Assembly: GCA_050952625.1 (NCBI GenBank)
Contig: JBMNLH010000001.1
Location: forward strand, 320,001-384,000
Reading direction: 5' to 3'
Length of the DNA: 64,000 bases
From: Bacillota bacterium
GTDB taxonomy: Bacteria; Bacillota; Ch66; Ch109
Part shown: positions 39,639-49,759 of the stretch, piece by piece
How positions within the stretch are numbered: position 1 is the first letter of the stretch
How the letters are laid out: each line of letters starts with the position of its first letter
Notes under the pieces: generated by a model
Told to the model about the DNA's origin: nothing
The model's input: only the letters and a program-made list of their open reading frames with translations
Database searches by the model: none
Translations under genes and position numbers: made by a program

Positions 39639-40901
39639 GTGTCCAACCAACAATGGTGGTCCAAGTTGACCGGCTATTTAATTATCGAAGTCGAAGGGGA
39701 AGGTCTGGAACCTTTCATTAATATGGCCATGACTCGGGGTATTCTACTCTGGGAGATCCGACGCACCGGCGAGCATAGCTTACAGGCCCGAGTTAGAATC
39801 AGCGGTTTTTTTGGCCTGCGCCATATCGCCCGGCGGACACGGTGCCGGGTTCGCATTCGAGCCCGGTGCGGCCTGCCCTTTTTAGCGGCTAAAATTCGGC
39901 GCAGAAAGGTGCTCGCAATTGGGAGCCTTTTGTTTCTGTCCATTCTTTACCTGCTTTCCTCTTTTGTTTGGGTAGTCAAAGTTACCGGCAATGAAAACCT
40001 AAAGGCGGAGGAGATCCTCGAAGCCGCGGAGGCCCATGGGCTGCGGCCGGGAGTTTTGCGGTCGCAGCTGGACAAGTCCTTGCTGGAACAACAGCTTAGA
40101 GAAGAATTTCCCGGTCTAACCTTTGTAACGCTGTGGGTTAAGGGAACAATGATTGAGATCGAGGTTGTCGAGAAAGTACTGCCACCGGAGGTGGAAAATG
40201 AAAAACAGCCGGCTCATCTAATCGCCAGTCGCGATGGAATTGTTGAAGATATCGTGGTTATGGTTGGTGATCCTCAAGTAAAACCGGGTGATACGGTCAA
40301 AACCGGCCAAATATTAATTTCCGGGGTAGTTCCTCCCCCAGGTACCAGAGAGCCGCCGCTCCCCGGAGTAATTCTGCCACCGCCGTTAGAGACGGAATAT
40401 AAATATGTCCATGCGCGGGGGTTGGTCCGCGCCCGAGTCTGGTATGAAGGTTATGGAGATGCTTATTTAGTTGAGGAGGAGGAGTATGACGGCGGCGAGA
40501 AGGCGACCCAGTTCAGGGCAACGGTTGGGGATAAAGAAATTATTCTTTGGGGCCCCCGGACGATCCCTTTTACCGAATATAGACAACAGTCTGCTACAAA
40601 AGGTTGGCTCAGCCAAGGTGGCCAGAAATGGGGCCTAAACTTTCCGCCGGTTCATCTGCATTCCGTGACTTTTTACGAAGTGATTAAACAGCGAGTGGAG
40701 CTTGGTCGTGAGGGAGCGGTTCAGGCAGCAACGAAACGGGCGGTAACCCAGGTTGAGCAGCTAAGACTGCCAGATTCGGAGAAAGTTCAGGAAAAAATAG
40801 AGCTAATTCCGGTTGAGGATGAGAATCAGGTTCGGGTGCGGGTCCGTCTGGAAACAATTGAAAACATTGGCCAGGTTAAACTTTTTTCCACCTATGGTTG
40901 A
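39639..40901 (+). CDS. yqfD: Sporulation protein YqfD
   Basis: E.FIN, GLPF, V.V.GN, VK.GD.V..GQILISG; synteny. Confidence 0.9.
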   Translation: MSNQQWWSKLTGYLIIEVEGEGLEPFINMAMTRGILLWEIRRTGEHSLQARVRISGFFGLRHIARRTRCRVRIRARCGLPFLAAKIRRRKVLAIGSLLFLSILYLLSSFVWVVKVTGNENLKAEEILEAAEAHGLRPGVLRSQLDKSLLEQQLREEFPGLTFVTLWVKGTMIEIEVVEKVLPPEVENEKQPAHLIASRDGIVEDIVVMVGDPQVKPGDTVKTGQILISGVVPPPGTREPPLPGVILPPPLETEYKYVHARGLVRARVWYEGYGDAYLVEEEEYDGGEKATQFRATVGDKEIILWGPRTIPFTEYRQQSATKGWLSQGGQKWGLNFPPVHLHSVTFYEVIKQRVELGREGAVQAATKRAVTQVEQLRLPDSEKVQEKIELIPVEDENQVRVRVRLETIENIGQVKLFSTYG

Positions 40902-41012
40902 ACCGTGCTTTGCAGGTAATGCAGGCACCTGATGCCGCAATGAACTCTTTTCGACCTCTGGTTGAACCCCCCCTACCGCTAAACAGTGTTATCAGAACAT
41001 GAAAAACTAAGA

Positions 41013-41100
41013 TCGCGCCGTGTTTAAAACAAGGTAGTGATTGGCGGCTTACATATTTATTTTCGTTCCTAGTCTCACTAGCTGATCGCGTTATAATCAA
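41013..41100 (+). repeat. Internally deleted copy of repeat family D
   Basis: gtgttt..aac..gg..gattggcggcttacat...ttcgttcctagtct...gctgatcgcgttataa matches both arms of 15060-15222. Confidence 0.7.
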
Positions 41101-41140
41101 GTTAAATCCAGGCGTATGTATTTTGGAGTGGTAGACTACC

Positions 41141-41267
41141 CGGGACAGTAAACCTGTCCCGTGTCCTACCGTGTCCAACCCGTGTCCCCCCAACCCGTGT
41201 CCAACCCGTGTCCTATAGTGTCCTATAGTATCAAACAGTGTCCGACCGGCCGGAAGAACCGTCCCCC
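41141..41267 (+). repeat. Family C REP-like palindrome with tandem GTGTCC expansion
   Basis: cgggacag-taaac-ctgtcccg followed by about seven gtgtcc units, then agaaccgtcccc. Confidence 0.85.
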
Positions 41268-41405
41268 TGGTTGGGTTGAAAAACGATTGTAACAGTGACT
41301 AAGTAATGGGTTTGTTGTATAATAAGCCTGTGGTCATAGGATCAAGTGAAGTAAAGAGATAATTGGATGATTACATTCAAAATAAATTGATAACGAATTG
41401 GGAGG

Positions 41406-42395
41406 TTGACATTTCTGGCGATTAACGGAACTGAAGCACGGATTACCATAAACGATAGTCTTGAGGCCGTAGAACTGTTTGGCAAACAAGATGAAAATTT
41501 GCGTCATCTGCAAAAAAATTGCGCAGCCCGGGTAACGGTCCGGAATGGCGAGATTCTGATTAGTGGCAGTCCGGAGGCAGTTGAGGAGACGACCAGTGTC
41601 TTACAGCACCTGCTCGCTTTAATTCGGGCGGGTAATGAAATTAGCCTTACCGATGTCAATTATGCCTTGGGTCTGGTTCGAGCCGGTCAGTCAGAAAATG
41701 CGGCTGGTACTCTAGGTGAGCTTATTCTGACTACTTCGCGCGGGAAAGCCATCAAAGCCAAGACTTTGGGACAGCAGCGATATGTTCAAGCTATCCGACA
41801 AAATGATATTGTGTTTGCGATTGGACCGGCTGGTACTGGTAAGACTTATTTGGCAGTAGTGATGGCAGTTGAAGCCCTGCGGAAGAAAATGGTCGGCCGG
41901 ATTGTTCTGGTCCGGCCGGCCGTGGAAGCCGGTGAAAAGCTGGGTTTCTTGCCAGGCGACCTGCAGGAAAAGGTTGATCCCTACTTGCGGCCTCTATATG
42001 ACGGCCTGTATGATGTCCTGGGATTGGAAATTGCTCAGCGGCATATGCAAAAAGGAGTAATTGAAGTCGCTCCTCTGGCTTATATGCGGGGACGGACCCT
42101 TAACGATGCCTTTATTATCCTGGATGAAGCGCAGAACACGACCCCGGAGCAGATGAAGATGTTTTTAACCCGGTTGGGGTTTGGTTCCAAAGCAGTCATA
42201 ACTGGCGATGTAACCCAAGTTGATTTACCGAAAGGCAACTTTTCTGGGCTGGTTGAGATTCAAAACATCCTTCAGGGTCTGGAGGGTATTTCTTTTCAAT
42301 ATTTAACTGCTCGGGATACGGTTCGACACCAATTGGTTCAAAAAATAATTAAGGCTTACGAGGTCTGGGAGGAAATACAGGAAACGAAAGCCTGA
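41406..42395 (+). CDS. phoH: PhoH-like ATPase (YbeZ/YqfE)
   Basis: GPAGTGKT, RPAVEAGEKLGFLPG, YMRGRTL, DEAQN. Confidence 0.96.
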   Translation: MTFLAINGTEARITINDSLEAVELFGKQDENLRHLQKNCAARVTVRNGEILISGSPEAVEETTSVLQHLLALIRAGNEISLTDVNYALGLVRAGQSENAAGTLGELILTTSRGKAIKAKTLGQQRYVQAIRQNDIVFAIGPAGTGKTYLAVVMAVEALRKKMVGRIVLVRPAVEAGEKLGFLPGDLQEKVDPYLRPLYDGLYDVLGLEIAQRHMQKGVIEVAPLAYMRGRTLNDAFIILDEAQNTTPEQMKMFLTRLGFGSKAVITGDVTQVDLPKGNFSGLVEIQNILQGLEGISFQYLTARDTVRHQLVQKIIKAYEVWEEIQETKA

Positions 42396-42403
42396 AACTA
42401 GGG

Positions 42404-44710
42404 GTGAAGTCGATGTCGTTCCTGACGAGGTTCAAGGGGTTAATGGGAACCCTTTGGCAGACTCTGGTCAGTGCCGTACGAAGTACAGCAACCCGTCGCA
42501 TCTTGCTCGGAGTGGTCTTCTTCCTGTTTACTACTCTTCTTTTATTTGCTAACCACGACTCCGAAGAGGTAGACTTAAAAGCCGGTCAAATCAGTCCTTT
42601 CGATATAACAGCACCGCGAGGGGCTGTGTTAATTGATGAGTTTCGAACGGCTGAACTAAAGCAGCAGGCAGCCGCTTCGGTCCAGAAGGTCTATCAGGAA
42701 GACGAGGAAGCGGCCCAAGATACCCAGAAGGCAACCCAGCAGTTATATCAACGAATTAATGAGTTGCGGATCAATCTGGAGCTTGATGAATCAGTCAAAT
42801 TGACTCAATTTAAGGAAATCCTTCAGTCAGAGTTAATCATTGACCAAAAGGTCGACGATGTGGTGACCGATCAACTCCTGTTGACCATTCTTCGGGCCGA
42901 TGAATCGGCCTTTAACCTTTTAATTGGTGAGACTAACCGATTAATTGAGGTGGTGATGGCCCGGCCGCTCAAGGAGGAAGACTTGCCCGCCGCCCGAGAA
43001 CAGGCGGATATTGAGGTTCGACGGTTAAATCTGAAAGATGATTATAAGAAATGGTTGACAATTATCCTCCAGAATTCTCTGCGTCCCAGTCTGGTACTTA
43101 ATCAGGAAGCAACTGACCGCTTGATTGAAGAGGCTCAGAGCAAAGTTTTACCCGTACAAATGAATATTAAACAAGGACAAGTTATTGTCCGCAAAGGTGA
43201 CCCAGTTACGACCGAGGATCTGGAAATTTTGCGTCAGTTAGGTTTATTGCGGCTTAAATCTGCCTGGATAACCTTGGGTGGATTAGCCCTGTTAGTATTG
43301 CTGGTAATGGCTGTTTGTTTTATTTTTTTACGGCAGTATCACTATGCGGTGTTAAAAAATGAGCAGTTAATGATTCTCTTATGTCTTTTGGTATTTATCA
43401 CTTTGCTGGCCGCTAGGGCGGTCACCGCCATTGATATTAGCAACCGGCCAGAGGCAGCGTCCACCATTGGTTACTTGATTCCGATGGCTGCCGGCTCAAT
43501 GCTGATCTCTATTCTAGTCGATTGCCGCATTGGCGTACTAGGCACCATTATTATGAGTATTTTTGTGGGAATAATTGCCGGTGGTCAGGATATCTCTTTT
43601 GTAGTTGTCGCCCTAATCGGCGGGCTAGTAGGGGTCTATAGCGTTTCTAAGGTAAACCAGGGTTGGGACCTAGCCAAGGGCGGGATTCTCATTGGCGGGA
43701 TCAATGTCTTGGTAGTTATCGCGATGGGTTTAATGGCCTATGAATCCACGGTGGTATCAGTCTTGTGGGGTACTTTTTATGGTTTACTGAATGGACTGTT
43801 ATCCGGCATAGTGGCCATTGGAATTCTTCCATATTTAGAAACTATTTTTGGTATTACTAGCACTATTCGATTGTTGGAGTTGGTTAATCCTAATCATCCT
43901 CTGCTTAAACGGTTGCTGCTGGAAGCCCCGGGGACATATCATCACAGCATTGTGGTGGGAAATCTGGGGGAAGCAGCGGCGGAAGCGGTGGGGGCTCAAC
44001 CGCTGTTGGTCAGGGTCGGAGCTTATTATCACGATATTGGAAAATTAAAGCGGCCTTACTTTTTTATTGAAAATCAGCTAGGCAGCGAAAATCCGCACGA
44101 TAAAATCGCTCCCAGTTTAAGTTCGTTGATTATTACTTCCCATCCCAAGGATGGGGTAGAACTAGCCCGGCAATACCGTTTGCCTCAGGTTGTATGTGAT
44201 ATCATTAATCAGCATCACGGTAATACTCTGGTCTCTTATTTCTATCAAAGGGCCCGGGAACAGGATCAATACGACTCGGTTCAGGAGTCTACCTACCGGT
44301 ATGATGCCCCTAAACCGCAAACCAAAGAAGCAGCTCTGGTAATGCTGGCAGATTCGATTGAAGCCGCCGTTCGTTCGCTGCAGAAGCCAACCCCGGGTCG
44401 AATTGAGGGTCTGGTTCGCCGGATTGTCAAAGAGCGACTTAATGATGGACAACTGGAAGAATGTGATTTAACCTTTAAAGATGTAAATTTAATAACCGAG
44501 GCTTTCCTGCGCATTTTAAACGGGATGCATCATAACCGGATTGAGTATCCAGATGCGAAAGAGTTGGAAAGGAGACGAGGTAAAGGTGTCTCTGCTGGTA
44601 GTGAATCAGCTAAATCAGCTGCCCCTGCCCCCAAATTTGCTGCCTCTGCTGGAGGAGATGGTGGACTGGGTTCTCCAGGAGCATCAGGTGCCGGTCAAAA
44701 TGGAAGTTAG
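42404..44710 (+). CDS. pgpH: 7TM-HD phosphodiesterase (c-di-AMP PgpH/YqfF)
   Basis: Large extracellular domain, 7 TMs, APGTYHHS, YYHDIGK, QHHG, MLADS. Confidence 0.92.
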   Translation: MKSMSFLTRFKGLMGTLWQTLVSAVRSTATRRILLGVVFFLFTTLLLFANHDSEEVDLKAGQISPFDITAPRGAVLIDEFRTAELKQQAAASVQKVYQEDEEAAQDTQKATQQLYQRINELRINLELDESVKLTQFKEILQSELIIDQKVDDVVTDQLLLTILRADESAFNLLIGETNRLIEVVMARPLKEEDLPAAREQADIEVRRLNLKDDYKKWLTIILQNSLRPSLVLNQEATDRLIEEAQSKVLPVQMNIKQGQVIVRKGDPVTTEDLEILRQLGLLRLKSAWITLGGLALLVLLVMAVCFIFLRQYHYAVLKNEQLMILLCLLVFITLLAARAVTAIDISNRPEAASTIGYLIPMAAGSMLISILVDCRIGVLGTIIMSIFVGIIAGGQDISFVVVALIGGLVGVYSVSKVNQGWDLAKGGILIGGINVLVVIAMGLMAYESTVVSVLWGTFYGLLNGLLSGIVAIGILPYLETIFGITSTIRLLELVNPNHPLLKRLLLEAPGTYHHSIVVGNLGEAAAEAVGAQPLLVRVGAYYHDIGKLKRPYFFIENQLGSENPHDKIAPSLSSLIITSHPKDGVELARQYRLPQVVCDIINQHHGNTLVSYFYQRAREQDQYDSVQESTYRYDAPKPQTKEAALVMLADSIEAAVRSLQKPTPGRIEGLVRRIVKERLNDGQLEECDLTFKDVNLITEAFLRILNGMHHNRIEYPDAKELERRRGKGVSAGSESAKSAAPAPKFAASAGGDGGLGSPGASGAGQNGS

Positions 44711-45071
44711 TTTAAGCCTGGTCAACGACCAAACCATTCAAGAACTTAATCGGACCTACCGGGGCGTAGATGCCCCGACCGATGTCCTTTCTTTTTGTCA
44801 ATTAGAGAGTCTGGATGAAGAACCTGAGTATGAAGATTTGAATGAGGAACAGGTTTTAGGGGATATTGTCATCTCTCTGGAAACTGCCAGCCGGCAGGCG
44901 GAGGAGTACGGCCACTCTTTGGCGCGGGAAATCGGGTTTCTAACCCTGCACGGGTTGCTGCATCTTTTGGGTTACGATCATCAGGACCCGGGAGAAGAAG
45001 CAGCGATGCTGGCCAAGCAAAAAGAGATTCTGGCTCGGTGGGAGCAGTTTCAGCGCGACAGTGGGAGTTGA
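44586..45071 (+). CDS. ybeY: rRNA maturation endoribonuclease YbeY
   Basis: LNR.YRG.D.PTDVLSF, HGLLHLLGYDH; GTG start overlapping the pgpH tail. Confidence 0.95.
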   Translation: MSLLVVNQLNQLPLPPNLLPLLEEMVDWVLQEHQVPVKMEVSLSLVNDQTIQELNRTYRGVDAPTDVLSFCQLESLDEEPEYEDLNEEQVLGDIVISLETASRQAEEYGHSLAREIGFLTLHGLLHLLGYDHQDPGEEAAMLAKQKEILARWEQFQRDSGS

Positions 45072-45275
45072 GAGTGGAGTGATAGATCGAATTAATATTA
45101 AATTAATTTTATAGGTTATTATTTTTCCGTTTCCTATCCCCCTTTTTTGAGCGTTAATAATAGTATATATAAGCAACAATATGCATTAGCCTCAATAACT
45201 TCATTAGTTTATGATTAGCCAGAGGGATAGTAAACCTTTTCCCCTGACTTCAGAAAGGATCGGTTTGGAAAACTA

Positions 45276-46385
45276 ATGGATAAACAATTATCCGCTTTAC
45301 CACCAGATTACAAAGCTAAAATTCGGAAAAAAAGGATTATATTCATTCTCCAGTGTCTCCTCGTTTGTGTAGTTGGTCTGTTAGTTGGTGCCGGGGGGTA
45401 CTGGGTAGCCAAGGTCGAGAAACCAACCTGGAATTTGGCTAGTTGGTTTGGTAAACAACCAGACCCACCCTTAACGGAGCAACCCGAGGTGGTGCCGCCT
45501 GACCCTAACACCTGTCCGATCTGTGGCCAGATCCAGACCGCCCTGCCCGAATGGCGGCCACTGGCCATAACCCTGGATAATACGAATCAAGGCCGGCCTC
45601 AGTCTGGCTTGCTGGAAGCGGATGTGGTGTATGAAGCACCGGTCGAAGGCGGCTTGACCCGATTGTTAGCCATCTATTACCACGGACAACCAGGCAAAGT
45701 TGGCCCCATTCGCAGCACGCGGCCTTATTTTCTAGAAATAGGCCAGGAATACGAAGCGGTTCCGGTCCACTGCGGCGGCAGTCCGGCAGCCCTGCAAATG
45801 ATTTCTCGCCAGAAACTAGCCAGTATAGATGCCGCGAAGAAACTGTCCGTATTCTGGAAAAGCCAACAACGCCGCCAGCCCTATAATCTTTATTCAAGCC
45901 ATGACCGGTTAAGGGAGGAGATCGGTAAAACCGGCAATGAGAAGACGGTGAGTATTACCGGTCGTCCCTTCTTGTCGGCTGGAAGCAGTCCTGTTGAAGG
46001 TGTCGCCGCAACTTCCCTAACGATAAACTATGGCAAGAACAGCCTGGTTAAATACACTTATGATTCGGAGAAACAGCTTTATTTAAGGGAGGTTGCGGGT
46101 AAGCCTCATCAAGATATGGAAAGCAAGCAGCAGTTAGGGGCCACGAACGTCATTGTCCAGTTTGTGTCCAGCAAGGTGCTGGATCGCCAAGGCAGATTAG
46201 AACTGGGGTTAACCGGTTCGGGTCAGGCCCTGATTTATACCCAGGGGAAAAAGATTGAAGCTACCTGGTCCCGAACAGTTGAGGAGAATAGGACTTACTT
46301 TAGGGATGCTCAAGGGAACGAAATCCCGCTGACCCCGGGTCAGACCTGGATTGAGCTAGTTCCAGCGAACACCAAGGTCGAGTAG
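45276..46385 (+). CDS. DUF3048 (YerB-like) membrane-anchored protein
   Basis: DN...GRPQSGL..AD.VYE..VEGGLTR, GPIRS.R, PGQTWIE. Confidence 0.85.
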   Translation: MDKQLSALPPDYKAKIRKKRIIFILQCLLVCVVGLLVGAGGYWVAKVEKPTWNLASWFGKQPDPPLTEQPEVVPPDPNTCPICGQIQTALPEWRPLAITLDNTNQGRPQSGLLEADVVYEAPVEGGLTRLLAIYYHGQPGKVGPIRSTRPYFLEIGQEYEAVPVHCGGSPAALQMISRQKLASIDAAKKLSVFWKSQQRRQPYNLYSSHDRLREEIGKTGNEKTVSITGRPFLSAGSSPVEGVAATSLTINYGKNSLVKYTYDSEKQLYLREVAGKPHQDMESKQQLGATNVIVQFVSSKVLDRQGRLELGLTGSGQALIYTQGKKIEATWSRTVEENRTYFRDAQGNEIPLTPGQTWIELVPANTKVE

Positions 46386-46468
46386 TCACATTAGATATAA
46401 GAGTAATGACATTAGATATAAATTAACATCGGTGGTTGTCCCTGTGGGCGTGGGGGTAAGTAGGGGGT

Positions 46469-47161
46469 TTGGCCTTGAACAAACTACTTAAATCTTCAGT
46501 TTTAATACTATTTCTGGGGATCCTACTCCTTATGCTCTTAGCTGAGGATACTTTGGATCTGAAATGGCCGGCGGGTCAGCCACCTCTGGCCGTGGAAAAA
46601 ATGGAGTTTGCTCATGATCAGGATGGAGACGGACTTAATGATCTGGACGATATTCTCGAGGGTGCCCGAAAGGATGCCGACCGAAAACCCCGTTATCAAA
46701 GTGCTTACTACGCCGGTGGATACCCCCCGGATGATGAGGGCGTCTGTACGGACGTTATCTGGCGGGCTTTGGCTAATGCCGGTTATTCCTTAAAAGATAT
46801 GGTTGATCAGGATATTCAAAACCATACCAGCGACTATCCGCGCGTTGGTGGCCGGCCCGATCCCAACATTGACTTTCGTCGTGTACCCAACCTCACCGTG
46901 TTTTTTAGTAAAAACGCTGCCTCCCTAACCATTGAGGTTATTCCTGGGGACGCGGAAAATTTACGGGAATGGCAGCGGGGAGATATTGTCGTCTTTGACC
47001 GCCCCTTGCCGCATATCGGCATTATTTCTGATCAACGGCGTCATGATGGTGTGCCCTACCTGATTCATAATGCCGGTCCCTATACCAGGGAAGAAGATGC
47101 CCTATTATCCTGGCCAACCCCGATCACTCATCATTTTCGTTTCCCGTCAATTGGGGAGTAA
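46469..47161 (+). CDS. DUF1287 (YijF-like) exported protein
   Basis: YYAGGYPP..EGVCTDVIWRA, DPNIDFRRV.NL, HIGIISD, LIHN. Confidence 0.85.
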   Translation: MALNKLLKSSVLILFLGILLLMLLAEDTLDLKWPAGQPPLAVEKMEFAHDQDGDGLNDLDDILEGARKDADRKPRYQSAYYAGGYPPDDEGVCTDVIWRALANAGYSLKDMVDQDIQNHTSDYPRVGGRPDPNIDFRRVPNLTVFFSKNAASLTIEVIPGDAENLREWQRGDIVVFDRPLPHIGIISDQRRHDGVPYLIHNAGPYTREEDALLSWPTPITHHFRFPSIGE

Positions 47162-47264
47162 TCATCATAAATTATATTCATCCCAGCCAAGTCTGCTGAC
47201 CGAGTTATAACACAAACATAGCCGTAGAGTTGGCGTATTGCTGCTGGAGAGGTGAGGCAAGCTA

Positions 47265-47696
47265 ATGAATAATATTTTAAATAATTTTAGCAACATAAAA
47301 AAATTAAACATCCCGGAAGCGGAGCGACTGCTGGAAGCAGCCAGGGCTGCTCTAGAAAATGCCTATTCCCCTTATTCTAGCATTCGGGTAGCGGCGGCGG
47401 TTTTGACTGGATCGGGTCAGATCTATGCCGGCTGTAATATTGAAAACAGCTCGTATTCCCTGACCATTTGCGCCGAGCGGAGTTGCCTGTTTCACGCCTT
47501 GGCCCACGGAGAAAGGGAATTTAAAGCGATGGCGATAGTCACGGATTCTGAGCAAGTAACCAGCCCCTGTGGTGCCTGCCGTCAGGTGTTGGCTGAATTC
47601 GCCCCCCGGATGCCGATAGTCTTCGCTAACCCCCAAGGAGATCGTCTGTTTAGCGTGGATCAGCTTCTGCCAGCTCAGTTTACTCTCCAGAAATAG
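47265..47696 (+). CDS. cdd: Cytidine deaminase
   Basis: AYSPYS, GCNIEN, CAER, PCGACRQ. Confidence 0.96.
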   Translation: MNNILNNFSNIKKLNIPEAERLLEAARAALENAYSPYSSIRVAAAVLTGSGQIYAGCNIENSSYSLTICAERSCLFHALAHGEREFKAMAIVTDSEQVTSPCGACRQVLAEFAPRMPIVFANPQGDRLFSVDQLLPAQFTLQK

Positions 47697-47812
47697 CCCT
47701 GCCATAGGGACGGTTCTTGTGGCTGGTACAGGCGTCAAAAAAGAATAACGGAGGAATTGGTCATGATCTGGAAGATAGACAGTGGTTGGGTTAATGATTT
47801 TTCAAGAATAAG

Positions 47813-47840
47813 GTAACCTTTTGTTTCAACAACGCGTTAT
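47813..47840 (+). promoter_or_regulatory. Putative ECF sigma promoter
   Basis: GTAAC-17-CGTTAT. Confidence 0.45.
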
Positions 47841-47872
47841 ATTGTCAAACAGGAATAATGGAGGAATTAGTC

Positions 47873-48670
47873 ATGAAACAACTGGTTACCGCTGTAATGG
47901 CTGGCTTTTTGGGATTGGCCTTAACTGCTTCGGCTATGGCGGCAGAACCTCTGATCTGGGAAAACCAGGTGAAAAAACCCGCAGTGGTCGTTGACGGACA
48001 AAGGATTGATCCTAATCTCATTTTTGAGGAAGATGGCCGGATGTTTGTGCCTTTGCGGTCGGTCGCGCAAGATTTGGGCTGTCAAGTTAACTGGCTGGAG
48101 GACACAAAAGAGATCGTAGTGCAAGGCAATCATGAAGTGAGAATGAAACTTGGAGAAAACATGATGCAAGTGGATGGTAAACAAGAGCAATTAGCTAAAC
48201 CCGTTCGGATAATTAATAGCCGGGCGATTGTTCCGTTGCGTTTTGTTAGTGAACACTTGGGCTTTGCCGTTGCCTATGACCGGGAAAACCATTCCGCCTA
48301 TCTCTTCCGAGAGAAAAAAGATTTCTACCTTTATGGGCACGATGATCAATTTACCCTAGTAGTAGCCAATCAGTCTAAGGACCCGATTAGTTGCACCTTT
48401 TCCAGTGGGATGACTCACGATTTTGTCTTAAAGCAAAATAATCAGGAGATCTGGCGTTGGTCAAAGGATAGGGCTTTTCTGATGATGATCTTTGAGAAAA
48501 CCTTAAATCCAGGCGAGTGCTGGGTGTATTCGAGCAAACTGGATCAGGAATTGCCGCCTGGAGATTATACCTTAGAAGGACATTTTATGGGCGAGGATGG
48601 TAAAAACTTTACCAGGGAAAATAACCCCGTGGCCAGGATTAGCTATACCGTTTCAGAAAAAGATAGTTAA
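47873..48670 (+). CDS. Exported protein: copper-amine-oxidase N-terminal (stalk) domain plus BsuPI-type proteinase inhibitor domain
   Basis: Signal peptide (AMA-A), VPLR..A/VPLRFVSE repeats, FSSG..HDF...EIWRWS..RAF...L.PGE. Confidence 0.75.
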   Translation: MKQLVTAVMAGFLGLALTASAMAAEPLIWENQVKKPAVVVDGQRIDPNLIFEEDGRMFVPLRSVAQDLGCQVNWLEDTKEIVVQGNHEVRMKLGENMMQVDGKQEQLAKPVRIINSRAIVPLRFVSEHLGFAVAYDRENHSAYLFREKKDFYLYGHDDQFTLVVANQSKDPISCTFSSGMTHDFVLKQNNQEIWRWSKDRAFLMMIFEKTLNPGECWVYSSKLDQELPPGDYTLEGHFMGEDGKNFTRENNPVARISYTVSEKDS

Positions 48671-48856
48671 CGGGAACTGTCTAAGGTGAATGCCTCCATG
48701 TAGGTGGATGTGTCCTTGGGGCATGGACGGTTAGTTCGGAATTAATTAGATGAGGGGTTGTCTATTGCCCCTCATTATTGCTTTTCATTATTATGCTTAA
48801 CTATGTTAGAATAAAATGGCATAATGATTCTATGTCTATGAAAGGCGGAACAAACG

Positions 48857-49759
48857 ATGGGCTTGACGACTCGGTCAGGGTTTGCCAGTATCATCGGTCG
48901 ACCCAATGTGGGCAAGTCAACTTTAATCAACTATCTGATTGGCCATAAGATCGCTATTATTTCGGATAAACCTCAGACCACGCGCAATCAAATACGAGGC
49001 ATCTTTACAACGGAACGAGGCCAAGTTGTCTTTATCGATACTCCGGGTATTCACAAACCCCGGCACAAACTGGGAGAATTTATGGTCGGGGTAGCCCAAC
49101 GGACTTTGCAAGAAGTAGACCTTATCCTGTATGTGGTGGATGCCTCGGCCGCATTTGGGGCCGGCGAGCAGTATATTCTCGATCAACTAGCCAAGGTGCA
49201 GACCCCGGTGTTTCTAGTAATTAATAAAATTGATCTGCTAAACCGAGGTGATTTACTGCCCTTGATCGAAAACTACCGGAACAAAAGAGATTTTGCTGAG
49301 ATAATCCCAATTTCGGCAATAAAGGGGGAAAATCTGGATCGACTCAGTCAGGTGATTTTTGATTATCTGCCGGAGGGGCCCTATTATTACCCAACGGAGA
49401 TGATCAGTGACCAACCGGAACGGTTTGTGATGGCTGAACTGGTCCGGGAAAAGGTATTGCTGCTGACTCGGGAAGAAATTCCTCATTCGATCGCAGTTGA
49501 GATAGAAGAAATGGAACCGCGCCACAATGAGGTTATTTACGTTCGGGCTGTGGTTTACGTAGAGCGGGATTCGCAAAAGGGTATCTTGATCGGCAAGCAG
49601 GGAAAAATGCTCAAGGAGGTTGGCCGATTAGCCCGGGAAGATATCCAAAACCTGCTGGGTAACCAGGTGTTCCTGGATATTTGGGTCAAAGTTAAAAAAG
49701 ACTGGCGGAATAACCCGTCTTCCCTTCGTAATTTTGGCTACGACCTGAAGAATTATTAA
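48857..49759 (+). CDS. era: GTPase Era
   Basis: GRPNVGKST, PQTTR, DTPG, NKID, KH-domain GKQG. Confidence 0.98.
   Translation: MGLTTRSGFASIIGRPNVGKSTLINYLIGHKIAIISDKPQTTRNQIRGIFTTERGQVVFIDTPGIHKPRHKLGEFMVGVAQRTLQEVDLILYVVDASAAFGAGEQYILDQLAKVQTPVFLVINKIDLLNRGDLLPLIENYRNKRDFAEIIPISAIKGENLDRLSQVIFDYLPEGPYYYPTEMISDQPERFVMAELVREKVLLLTREEIPHSIAVEIEEMEPRHNEVIYVRAVVYVERDSQKGILIGKQGKMLKEVGRLAREDIQNLLGNQVFLDIWVKVKKDWRNNPSSLRNFGYDLKNY

Noticed and set aside
41141-41245. Tandem units as a possible mini-CRISPR
   Set aside because: Units are about 10 bp with no unique 30-40-bp spacers
44586-44710. Long pgpH/ybeY overlap as a frameshift error
   Set aside because: Both proteins have complete conserved domains; the pgpH tail is a low-complexity extension over the ybeY start
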